From the NCBI GenBank assembly GCA_905178155.1, contig CAJINV010000004.1, positions 218,969 through 282,968 of the forward strand: DNA of 64,000 nt, read 5' to 3'. Shown piece after piece: positions 10,401-22,400 of this stretch. A program made the translations under genes and the position numbers. The first letter of the stretch is position 1, and every line of letters begins with the position of its first letter. Origin of the DNA: Amoebophrya sp. A120 (lineage: Eukaryota > Protista > Dinoflagellata). The notes below the pieces were generated by a model that saw only the letters and a program-made list of their open reading frames with translations, ran no database searches and was not told the origin of the DNA.

Positions 10401-13400
10401 GCTCTGCCAGTGGGTTATCGACATTGCCAACGCTTACAAGAATGTAAGCATTTCGAAGGCGGGGAGCGCGACGAACTGGATCGGGGTTTTCGACCCCAAG
10501 GCGAAGGCCTACAAAGCCTTCCGCGGCCTCACGCTCCTGTTTGGGAACATTCACTCCGTTACGGAGTGGTTGATTGTTGGGCAGTTTCTGGCCTTCTGCG
10601 TTCGGTGGCTTTTCTGCGTGGCCTTGATCATCTATATAGATGATATGACCGGCACGGCGCCCCGCAGGGTTCGCCGTCTCCTGATGCGCGCCATTGTGTA
10701 CATGTTGGAGGTTTTGGGTTTTCCTTGGAAGCCGAAGAAGGTCAAGTGGGGGCGCACCGCTTTGCGGGTTTTGGGCTTGGATTTTGACGTGTCGCAATCG
10801 CCTCCCACGATGCAGTTGTCGGAAGTGAAGCGCGCCACCCTTCGGGCGGCCCTGGTTGAAGTCTTGGGGGCGGGGGAGCTCAGTCCCGCGCGGGCTTCCA
10901 CCCTTTCCGGGAAGTTCCTTTTCCCCTTCTCACTGCTGGTGGGCCGGCGTCTAAATGGCTTGCTGAAGCCGGTCTTTCGGCGTGGAGGTTTGTTTCATTC
11001 TCGCGCCACCTGCCTTCCCTTGGGTTCCGGTTGTGCGGCGAGCTTACGCTTCATGGCGGCCTGCCTCCCGGTCCTTCCTCCGATTTCCTTCTTACGAGTG
11101 GGCCTCCCGGTGGAGGTGTGCTACTCGGACGCGAGTTGGAAGCGGGGGCGAGGTATTCTCGGCGGGGTCCGTCTTCTGCAGGAGGGTGCCTTCCAGGCGT
11201 TCCGCCACCCGGTCTCGCGGGCGGATAATTTTCCATCCGCCTCTTGGGGGTCTTTCCCGATCAACGTGTTGGAGAGTTTTACACCGGTCATTCTGTTGAT
11301 GCTCTGGGGCCCGACCTTGTCGCACAAGCGGGTCGTATTCTTTCTGGACAACACCACTGCGGTGGGGGTTTTGCGGAGTCGATCGGGCGAGCGCGCTCAC
11401 CTGTCGGTGGTAGCGGCTTTATTTTGGAGTTTGTGTGCCCGTTTTGCCATAGTGCCGTACTTCGAGTGGCTCCCCTCCGGGGAAAATGTTGCTGACGCGA
11501 CTACCCGCGATGCACTTTGGGCGCAGTTCTGTCGGGTGGCTAGGGTGCAGCTTCATTCCTGTGTCGCTTTGGGGGATGAGATTCAGAGGTTCCTGACCAC
11601 GGTGGCGACCCCGCTTGAAGATCCTTGTGAGCTGCTGGATTCTATTCCGGCTGAGGAGTTGCTGGCTCAAGTTTGAGCCACTCCGCGATGTTTTTTGCGC
11701 TTGCCCTGTACCCTTTTGTTTTGAGATCCGCCTGTGGACTCAGTGTGCAGATGTTTCTGGACGGTATGACGTCTCTTCTTCAAATACATTTTCCACCTTT
11801 GGGTATGCGATTTACTGCTTCGCGGGCCCAGGCTTGTCATGTGATCCCACTCAGAAAACAGTGTTCCCACTTCTACCACTGGCGGTTTTGTTTGGGTTTC
11901 TTCCCGTGTCTACTTGTCCCTCGCTTTGGGATTTCGTTTGTTCCACTTCGGCGTAGGGCCTTGCCGAGGGCAATTGGGGCGGGGCTGGGTCTCCCCTCAT
12001 TCAACCACCTGCTGTGGGGTTCTGAGGGGTCTTGCCCTGTTTGGCAAGGTGGTGGTGAGGCGTGCTGGGCCTCGGTTTTGGGAGGTAGGCCCAGGACGCT
12101 TTACCCAGCCCCAACGGCGCGGTCCAACGGGCCGCTCGGGTTTAGGGATACCACATGGAAGGAACGAAACGAAAACTAGAAATAGAATTATGAATACGCC
12201 TCCCCTGTGGAGCTGGGTGAGAAATGTTCATCCGCTCGTGCGAATAAGTATGCATCGACAAGCCTGAGCGGGGGTTGGGGGCGTTTTTACTATGGGTAGC
12301 CAAGAAGAACACGACAATACCGACAAAATCAATACGACGGCTGTCGTATGGAGTGCAAATGTGTCTACGTCTGGAAGAATGCAAGACTTGTCAGGTTTAT
12401 CTAAAATGGCTCTGGTTTCGTGACGCGTGTGCGCAAAGAGCTCCCCTTGCGTGCGATGTGTCGATGGCAGTGTGCGTTTTAGATTTTCATGCGCAGCGCA
12501 TACCTGTGCGAAGATCTTTCGTGCTTGTTTGTTGGATGGAATTCTTCAGCTTAAGTAGGCCCATGCGACGACGCCTCTGCATTTTCTTTTCGTGCGCGTC
12601 TCGCTTTCCTTTTCGCTTTTGAAAACTCCCAACCTTCATCCTGGCTTCTCTCGGAAGAATATGCCTGAGATGAAAACGCAAAGGCAGGCCGCTTCTTTGC
12701 TTTATTCGGAAGATCTCCCAGAGGCAGGAAAAGCGAAAAGCCCCGACGTTGCTCACAGAAGTGGCCAGCTTTGGCCACATCCGCATAAAGTTTAAAAAGC
12801 GGAGGACGCTTCTTCTTGGTTACAGAAGGTGCTACGTTTTGGCTCCTTCCCCAAGTGCAGACGTGGAAGAAGGCAAAAAACTTTGCTGTTGTTGGGAAAA
12901 GTGGCCACCTCTAGTGTCTTTTTCTTTGAAGTGCCAGATCAGGAAAAGCCCAGAACCAGAAGCACCCCGCTATACGAAAGTGGCGCGCTTCTGCTTCTTC
13001 GCCAGGGGCCAGAAGCAGAAAGAGCCGGCGCGCTCTTTTTCGTTTACAGAAGCGGCCAGCTTTGGCGCTGTCCCGGACGGCCAGACCCGTGCGAGAGCTA
13101 CAAGCCAGACTCTTTTGCTAACGCGGGGGGTGGTCAGCTCTGGCCTTTTTTGTCCAAGGGCCCGATCCTGATATCGCCAGAAGCTATCTTTTCTGGCCAC
13201 GAAGCAAAGTGATTGGCCATCTTCGAATTTTTTTTTGGGGTCAGTCAAAATCGGAGAAACCCGAAAGCGCCGCGCCTTGCTTGCCTCCTTTCTCGGTAGT
13301 TGTCAGCCTGCAGGCGGTCCGCGAAGGGATTCCTTATCTTCTGAAGCAGCGAAATGCGTTGCGCCATTATTTCTGCCGCAGTTTATTTTTCGCAAGGTAT

Positions 13401-16400
13401 TTTTGCGCCCCCGTTTGTTTTCAGCCTACGGAAGCTGTCTGCCTGTCGGCCTGCAGAATTCCAAGCCTACCTTGCATGCGTCAAAAGGTGGGGAACTGCC
13501 CCCCAAACCTTGCTTCTGCGGGCTTACTTTTTTGTGCGAAAAAAAAAGCGCGAACATCTACAGAAGCCCCAAACCTGGGGAGGCCCATCAAAAAAACACC
13601 GAAACAGGAGAACCCGCTATCGTTTCCGTTTGTTCCTCACTCTTGCGCCCACTTTTTCCATCGCTGATTGTCGGGCCTCTCGATTGTTTAGCTTTTGTTC
13701 CATTTTTCTGAAGATCCCCATCCTTCAGGCGGTTTGGTTGCCTCCTTTTGAAGAGCTCGCTCCATTGGTTTGTCCCTGGTGCGTGCGTACTTAGCCGTGC
13801 AGTTCTTGTTTAATTACCCCTGCGCGCATCTTCGTTCTCGAATTTGGCAGCCCCCTAGACGATTCAGATCGGCATTTGCAATGCATATGTCGGGTGTGAG
13901 GGCATAGTCTATGCGCATGGTGGCAACGCGGAAGGCCATTGCTGGATAAAGCAAAAACGTTGCTGCGAGCATGATAATGGAGCGACAGCGGGCTCGGGTA
14001 CATACAGTAAAGATTTCAAGCCTGTTCCCGCATATAGTGGCGAGTTCTACCTGAAGCGTATGGGAGTGCCAGGCTCGAAATCGGCAAGGCTTAAGTAACT
14101 TGTGCCGCATGAAGTCCGAGGCACGAAGTTCCTGTGTTGCAAGGATGACAAATGAGAGTGACAACTTTAATAGTGCTAGCACGGCAAAAGCAAAACCAAA
14201 ACAAGTCATATTTGCACAGGTAGCGTGGCAAGCAACCGGGCCGAAGTGCTCCCAAAGGTTCTTGGCGCGCGCCGCGTAGAAGATGATAGAGGCATGGGTT
14301 TTATTATGTCTCACAGAGTATTTCCTTTTCCACCGTGCCGACGCCGAGTTAATGCCTGGCGCGCCCATAGCTCGTACGTCCGTTATAATGGACGACGATT
14401 GCAAGTCCAAGGTCAAGGCTATGGCGCTCGCAGACGTTCACAACCACAAGCACAACACCCACGCGATCAAAGTAGTGGCATTTCGATTATTGCACATAAA
14501 GGTAGTCTTCTGGCTCGAGAGGGTACACTAGAGGTTGGCTCCTGTATTCATGGCAAGTTCTATTTGAGATGCTAGATTGTGGCATTGAAATCAGCGCCAA
14601 CGCTGTCTTGCACGGATGACGCCCAATCTGCTCCCCGCTTGCGCTTTGCGTGACAAATTTATCATGCAAACAGCGATCTTCAATTGCGTAGCCGTAACGT
14701 GTGTGAGCGTCATAAACACCGCATTGCGGCCGTTTTTCACGGAAGTGAAGCCGAATGCTGTCTCGCCGACTTGGAAGTCGCTATATCCTCTGTAATAACG
14801 TCGACCTCGACAACCCCGCACCAGACAGAAACGCCCCATACTTCTCATGCGTATTTGCATGACCCAAATGCAAATCGAAATCGAATGGAGTCGCGTGCGC
14901 AGGTCCATGACGCCGGGCATTTATTTCTTGATGTTGTTTACTGTCTGGGAGTATGTGGCGCTCGGATCAGGACAGGGAACTCGATTTGTAGTGCGGCTGC
15001 ACCAGGCAGCTCCAGCTAAGCACGAGGACCTTTGGTCGCACGAGAACTTCTTCTGCTTTTGTAGCAAATTTCCTCTTTCGGCTATGGGTTCCTGGAGATG
15101 TCTTTACTCAGGATAGGAAATTGGGACAGGTTTCCAAGGACACTGGCTCTGGCCCCGATGGCCCCAAGGTTTCGCATAAGGTTTTGGACCCTATCCTATG
15201 TGAAAACGTCCGCATCCCATAGTGAAGATGGGGAATCAGCTAGACAAATCCACAAGCTTTGGCTGTTTTGCGTGACAAATTTGAACTCGTAGCATAGTGC
15301 TGCTTGAAGTAGTTCAGTAGCATCACAGAGCTACGCTATCATGCTGATTGGAGCATGACAAATTCGCTCCATCAAGACACGACTACAGTAGAAGGACTCT
15401 CATGGGGCTCCGCATGAGGAACAGTCTCAGCATGCTGAATTGCGTTTACAACTATAATTGGGTGTTTATGTACTGGAAGAGACCAAAATAAAGCAACTAT
15501 AATGGGGTGGGGACGTTTTTAAATGCGATAGATCCCAAAAATCCCTCAACGACAATTACAGTGGAGTACGACCCAGTAGCTTATTAAATGCAAAAATATC
15601 TCGGTCTGGAAATAACTGTAGCGCTTGTCTTCATGCGCATTTTTTTGCATGTTGACCCACGATGTTTGTCATGTGCGCCCCAGCATTACAGGGTTTGAGA
15701 GATCTCCCCTCCGCGTAGCAAAAAGTGGAGTCACCTCGTCTTTTTGCTCATGCAGTACAAACTTTCACTTTCTTGAGAATCCAAAGACAGCGTAAGTAAA
15801 ACGCTATGGCGTTCTCGACTGTTACATTCTCAACTGTTGCACGAATTTGCAATGCAAGAGTAGAAAAGTCAAAGGGGGGAGGCTGCACATTTAGCATTAC
15901 AAATTTCGCACAGATTTAGTTGCTGTTGAGCCCTTCGCAAATTTGTCATGCGAAGCAGCATGTTGATCGTGTGGATGATGGCAGTGCTTTTGCATGACAA
16001 ATTCATGTAACAGTTGAGAGTGTAACGGTTGAGAACCCCATAACGTTTGCAGCCTTCCAGATTCAGGCGTCGGATTTGCAGTGGATAGGTCGCTTCTTAC
16101 TGAAGAAATGCAATCCAGTATCGCTAGAAAAAGCGGCTTCATCACTGTGAGCTTGTGATGCAGACAACGAAGCACCAAAAAAATGGTTGTCTTCCTACAC
16201 CTGCAAGACATTGGATTTGCATAGCGTCTTTTATTCCCTTGGGAAGTGCGCATGGCAAATTTTCCGTGTCATGTGTAACAAACAGGTGAAGATGCAGGTC
16301 TTGCAAAATCACCACAGTGAAGCAGTTTTTTCGTGGGATATCCAGCCCGCAGGAGCAGCAGTGCAAGAATATTGAAGAAGAAAACATCCCAATTGTAAGT

Positions 16401-19400
16401 AAGTTTTTTCGAAAAACAGTACTGCAACAAATCTGATCCGTAGAAGGACGGCAAGAGTAATTATGCGCAGGTAGTACGCGACTGCGAACGCATGAAGCTA
16501 GGCTATGACGCAATTTTTTTGGTATCATGCTGGTAACTGATTATTTTATTTTTTTTTTTTGCGTCTGCAACTTCTTACTCAAAGTGTTTTTTTCATCCTG
16601 GATACAGAAGTTGCGCGGAGTCGGTCCGTGGTATCTATGAAGTGCCAATATGCCTCGGTCGGGAAGTTTGAATTTTAATTTTTGGAGTTGCTCCCGATAC
16701 TCGCACGACTGCATAGTAGTCCCTAATACGGCAGCATAACAGTGTCAGAAGGAGAAGTTCTTCCGGCGCCTTGTTGTTGTTTGTTGCAGATTCATTCTTA
16801 GAAGTAGAACGCAGATCAAACTCTTTTCCAGAACGAAAAAAAACTGGCGACTCGTATCCATGCGTCACAGATCTTGTTGTCCGCGGAATCATGCATGACG
16901 AACTGCTCATACCCAGACATATTTGCAATGCATAGCTCAGAGAGAATGACGACGGGTGGAGATTGTTCGGCCGGATAACATATCAGATGCAAATGTGTCT
17001 GCGTCTGGAGAGTTGGCACGCAAGTCTGAAAGCCAGCAGCCCAAGCGCTTCGCATCAACAGCCAAGCTGCATGAGGAGTTTTTGATGTCACGCTTCTGTG
17101 CTACGCGTAGCTCATGAAAACTAGCGCCGGTATCCCATGACAAACAGGCGGAGCCATTCGCTCGCTACTTAGGATGACAGAACTCAGAGTCAACATGCCA
17201 GACAATATCAATAACGACGTTGAATCTCTAAGTGACTCCTGAGGCGCACCAGTCGGGTGTACATGGCAAATGTACTTATCAACCAATCATCCAGATCCGG
17301 ACTTGGACATATTGGCGTCTGATATGTTCCCTATTAAGGACGAATACACCGCGGGATGGACGTATGGAGGTGTCAGGTTCGAAATCGATAGAGCTGAAGT
17401 TATGGTGTTTCCTAATGCATACACTTGGCGTCCGTTGGGTTCTTACCAGGCTCTAGGCGGCGCATCGAGATCCGGCAAAAAAGGCAGTTTTTCCAAGCAC
17501 CGGGACCCGCCAAATGTGGGCAGCATCCATGGGCCGACAAAAAGAGCTGCTTTCTTCGCCACTCTTTGCAGCTCAATATCTACCCCTCTACAGGCTACTT
17601 ACAGTTTATGGATGTGTCAGGATCGAAATCGACAAAATCGAAAAACTTGCGATGCGTAAAATGTAGGGCGCTGGGGGCCTTTTTTGCGGAGCAGGCAAAT
17701 GAGACCGATCGTAAGCCTGCTAAGGGGTATGCAATGTGTTGCCAGAGTAGCATGACCGGCGCAGTCTTCTTTGCCCAAACAGCATGACGCATTGGATTTG
17801 GGTGCTCCCGAAATTTGTCACGTGCCACTTACAAACTGAGGCCCCAACTGGTATCGATTTTATGCATCGCAAATTTTTCGACTTTGTCAGTTTCGGTTCT
17901 GACACTTCCATACAATGAATTGGCGCACTTGCCTGCTGTCCGATCATGCAGATACTTTGTGCCTTGTCGCGTCGCTTGCACTTATTTATGCATTACAGAT
18001 TATTTCCCCTATGTCGATTTCAAGCCTGGCGCTGGCGCTCGCATAGAACCCAGGGCAACTTTCTGAGCACCTTCGAAGGTTGCTTCGAGATGTGCTTGGC
18101 CATGAAGAATTGCGTCGCCTTCATTCTTATGCGTCACAGATATGTCTGGGTCAGGGAAAATGACTGGTATATGGAAATTCTGGAGCACAGAAGTCAAGCT
18201 CAAGTGTTTGCGTTGCATAAGCGTCAATGGGGGGCTTGATGCATGAGCGCCAACGGTCGGCCTGATACAACAAATATTTGTGCTGCATGGGCGTCACTAT
18301 TTATGGACGTTGGCTTTTACCCGGTCCGAGTTGGCAATAGATGCGCCGTCGATCCACATGATGGTGATGGCGAGCGCCAAAAGCTCCCCACTTTCCGCTA
18401 CACAAACAGCGCGCTTTGTGTCCGGGATAGGCATCAAGAGAACTACGCAAGACCCCTAATGCTTTTGAGGAAAGAGTTGCAAGCCACGTGTGCGGTTCAA
18501 AAGATGCAATACAAAGCCGCACAGTCCTCCCGACCGAGACACATTTGCATTTGATCACTCGCACTGCGCGTCAGGCCTTTGACAAATGGAAGACGATGGC
18601 AAACGGGGGTGGCTATTCAATTGAGATACCGGGTGGCGCCCTCCCAACATTGAGCCGCAGGCTTTTCGATGCTGGATTTTGATTGTTATCGATGCGCACG
18701 ACTTCTACTACCCATTCATTTTTTTGATCTGTTACGCCAGAAATAAAAAGACGCGGACTGTCGTCGTGAAGCAGGAGCGAAGCGCCTGCCCTGTTCAGTA
18801 TGACAGGGGGAGCGGGAGGCACTCCTGCTCCGCGCAAAGTAGCATGACAAAGCGTGCACAAGTCGCGCGCCACGACGTCTAGGAGGTAATTGCAGAAGCG
18901 GAGCTCTGCGACTAAACGTGCCCAAACAACGCCCCTGCGTAAATTTGCCCAAAGTTGCCTTTGTAATCGCGTCTACACTTCTGGGCGCGGGGGCGGGAGC
19001 TGGGCAATGGCCGAGAAGCGTCGCGGTGATTACTTGCACGCCGGCGAAGAGGTGGCACTTGTATCTATACTGCGCAACTTTTCCGCAGTAGCTGCGCGGC
19101 CCTGCCTTTCTGCTACACACCCGGAGGGTATGTTCGGGGGCCTGCGATGCACAACGGCGGCGCGCGGGCACAACCGAGGCTGACCGGCGCTGGCGCATTT
19201 GGTCTCCCCGTCTAGCGCTTGGGGGCTGAGGATCGGCGACAGCCACCTACTGCAGACGGTCGGCTGGTCCTGGGGGGTGCCAGGAGGAAGCCCGGGGCTC
19301 TGTTGGCCCGGGAGATTTTCCAGTAGTTCGCTGTGGGGGGGGGCCGAGCGCGGGCGGCCGGCGTGCGTGCGTCGTAGGTCGCATTCCTTTGCCACGCCGA

Positions 19401-22400
19401 GGGTGTATTTCCCCACTTTTGCCGCTGCCCGCATGTTTGCACTGCACCCCCCCGGTCGGTTTTTCTGTGGTTTTTCCCGGTGGCGCCCTTCGTCATCTTA
19501 TGTTTTTTCTGGGTGACAGCGTCATCATGCGCGGGGTTGCGCTCTGTGACGTGACGCAGCCCCCCCCCCCGTGCGCCCGGTGGTAATGCCGCACGCGCGG
19601 CGCCCTTGCGCACTCGCTGCGCAGCCCCCTTCCACCATCCGCCCTGAGCCGGCGCTTGGCCGGGTGGGCGGGGGGGCAGCCTGGGACCACCAGCTAGCAG
19701 ACCAGCCGGGCAACTACCATTGGCCAGCGGCCTTTGGGGCCTTGCTCCCTCCCATGGCCGCACGCCCCAGCCAGCTCGTTTTCCCCTCCCATCGGCCTTA
19801 CGAGCATACCCCGCGCCGGCTGCCCGCGCCGCAGCTTGTATGCCACACGGACACGACGCTAGTGGCAGTGCCTAAGTGCAACTCGTCCGTCCCTCCGCCC
19901 TGCGCATTGAAATCGCATTGGCCCGCCGGCGCATTGGGTTTTGGCTGAAGTCCACCGGGCCGGCACGCCAGCCATTTGTCCACCAGGCAAGCGGCCCCCA
20001 GTTTATTTGATCGGAGACCCTAATGTGTAGGCCCGGGCCGACATCGCCTGCCTTCGCTTCCCGCGGCAATTTTTTTAAACAGGAGAGCGCGACACCGCTC
20101 TTCGTCGTAATCTAGCACCATAAATCTCTCGTGGGCCGCGCACATCGTTCGGGGCCCATGGCTCTCTTTGAACACAGAGGGCTGCTTTCTTGTATATGTG
20201 TACACAAATCCAGCAGCAGCACCATTGCAATATGATGTGGAGAGATCGCCACTTTTGGTTACGATAGTGGTGTCGAACTTGGGAGCACCGCGGTCGATTG
20301 TGAGGAAGACGACGCAAACGCATGCCTGGCAGCGAGGAGAGGCAATAGCGGTCGGTGTATCGCAGGAATTGACCCGGACGACACGAATGACCCGCCCAGC
20401 AAGTGCCTTAGCCCCGGGCCTTTTGCGTCTGTGCGAAAGTGCCAGTTCTATGCTTCCCTTGAAAGGGATAACCCGAGTAGTCCTCTCAAGTGGTTTACGC
20501 ATCTCAAATCTGTCTGGGTCCTCCAGGAGGTCCCCTGCTGGAAGGCTGTGGTGTGTGATATATGAAAGGAAAAGTCGCGCATTCGGTTGCATCGCTAGCG
20601 GAAAATCTGAGATCTCTCAGGTTACGGGGCGGGGCCGTCTGCGTCTCAGAATAACGATAGCGCGTGCGCCTCGCTCGCCCAGGATACAGCCACGACCTGC
20701 GCGCCGCAACATATTTTGGACGAGCCGGACAAAGCGCCGCTGCGTTCTAAGCAGCTAGGCTACAGAGATAGACTGCCCGCCGCACTCAGCGAAGGAACGA
20801 AGATCGAAACCGGAGGCACTTCTACGCTGCGCAATGGGGTGGGTAGACGGAGGCAGGCAGCTGCGCTACAGCGGCCCGCAGTCACGCTCCGCAAGTGCCC
20901 GGCCATAACTAGTGGGCCCAATCATTTCCATCGTGACCGTAGATGGGGCTTCTATGAAAGAACAACAAGACACAAGTGGATGTGGAGCTCTTCGGATTTT
21001 GCGAAAGCGGTGCAGCCGGGTAGTGCAAGGCTTGCAAATGCAGTGCAAAACCAGCAAGGCCTACCCAAAATATGAAGTATTTGCAGCAAGCGTGCGCGTT
21101 TTTGGCTTCAGTTTGCAGCTGTCGCAGTACACGGGTGCAGGTGCTCTGAACTTCGCCGCGTTCGCGAAGTCGGAAAAGTTGTTGCTCTTGTGCTGTTAGT
21201 TTTGTCGGTCCGATCGCAGGGGCTTCTGGCCTGGAACGGCAAGAGGCAGGCCTCGCGCCCTGGGTCTTTTGTGGCGCGAGGGTGCGGAAGCCGTGCGTGT
21301 GTGGCCCTGCCAATCTGGGGCTGCCCCCCCCGGCAAGCTTCGCGGCCGTCTGCGAACTGCCGCCCATTGTTGCGGGTCAGACAGACGGCTGGGAACCTGC
21401 GAAGGAACAAACTTTGGCAGCCGCCTCAGCAGTTGGCGAAGCTTTCAGGGGCCGACAGCTTTAGCAGACGGACTAACTTCGGGGGGGGGTCGGTTGGCGC
21501 CCTTGCTCATGGTGCATTTTGGAACGCATGGCGCCTGCGCCCCGGCGTTTTTAATAAGCCGCCCCGGGGCGACCGCGACGCCGGACGTCTGGCTTCCCCC
21601 GGCCCGCGCTTGCGGTCGTACCGGCCCCCCTTGCCTGTAGCAGAAGGCCTCGCGCCGCCAGGTTCCGGAACCTATCCTCAGCAAGGGGGGCGGAATGAAA
21701 TTCACGGATCCCCTAAGGATTGAGGAGCGCGCGACAACCTTGTTGCCGTGCATAGCCGCAGCGCGGGCCTTAGAAAAAGTCTTGCCGGGGCTGCAAGCGT
21801 GCGACGCTCGCGCGCCCCTCGATCCAATTCCGCGAAACTCCGGGCCGCGCAGCAAGGGAGGGGCCCGCCGCTGGCCAGATTGATTTCGCGAAATGCATCG
21901 TCAAAAGCGAAATGGGCGGCCCATTGATATTCTGCATCTGTGAAAATGTCGACGGCTATCGGCGCTGCAGCAAAAGTTCGCCTGGGTCCAGGTCTTGCGC
22001 AGGAAATCTGTGAAGACGTTGGTTGCAAAATGGCAAGCAAAAACGAAACAGAACGTAGCCCGTCGCGGCAGCTCGGCCAGGTGGCACCCACAAGGAGCGG
22101 CGACTACAATTTGAGCGCATTTGTCTTGTTGCGTAGAGGAAGATTAAGAAGCTCACATAAATGAGAGCGCGTGTAGTTGCGTCATATGTTATAAGTAGAC
22201 GCATCCAAAGAATAGACCTCGACATATTTATGTAGTCCCGCAGGACCACGCCTCCGCTTGAGGAGAGCTGCGGGATCATTCCGTGGGTGTGGCGCGAACT
22301 GCGTGCTACATACAGACGCTGACTACACTGACTGCAGTGCCCATCCAGACAACCCCGACACGTTTGAGGTTGATATGGTCTACTCCAGTAGAGCAGCCCG

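Larger units (their letters stand above)
5223..12165 (+). mobile_element. Tyrosine-recombinase (DIRS-order) retrotransposon, ORF order YR-Gag-RT/RH
   Basis: Three uninterrupted, co-oriented, intronless ORFs with YR, CCCH-Gag and RT/RNase H motifs. Boundaries are approximate, inferred from where introner homology stops and resumes. Confidence 0.85.
4954..12298. mobile_element. IR introner, family 3, split by the YR retrotransposon
   Basis: The 5' part has ccatagtgaagat (5051, identical to 15217 in an intact family-3 copy). The 3' part (12190-12298) matches the family-3 3' end (..gtgagaaa..ggggcgtttttactatggGTA). Confidence 0.6.

Noticed and set aside
12010-12180. Hammerhead ribozyme at the 3' end of the YR element
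   Set aside because: CUGAGG and GAAAC fragments are present, but there is no CUGANGA core with three compatible stems.
2335-12298. Pairing the TIR at 2335 with the right end at 12298
   Set aside because: The 4954-5220 segment matches the family-3 5' interior better, and another introner (4598-4885) with flanking exon-like sequence lies in between.
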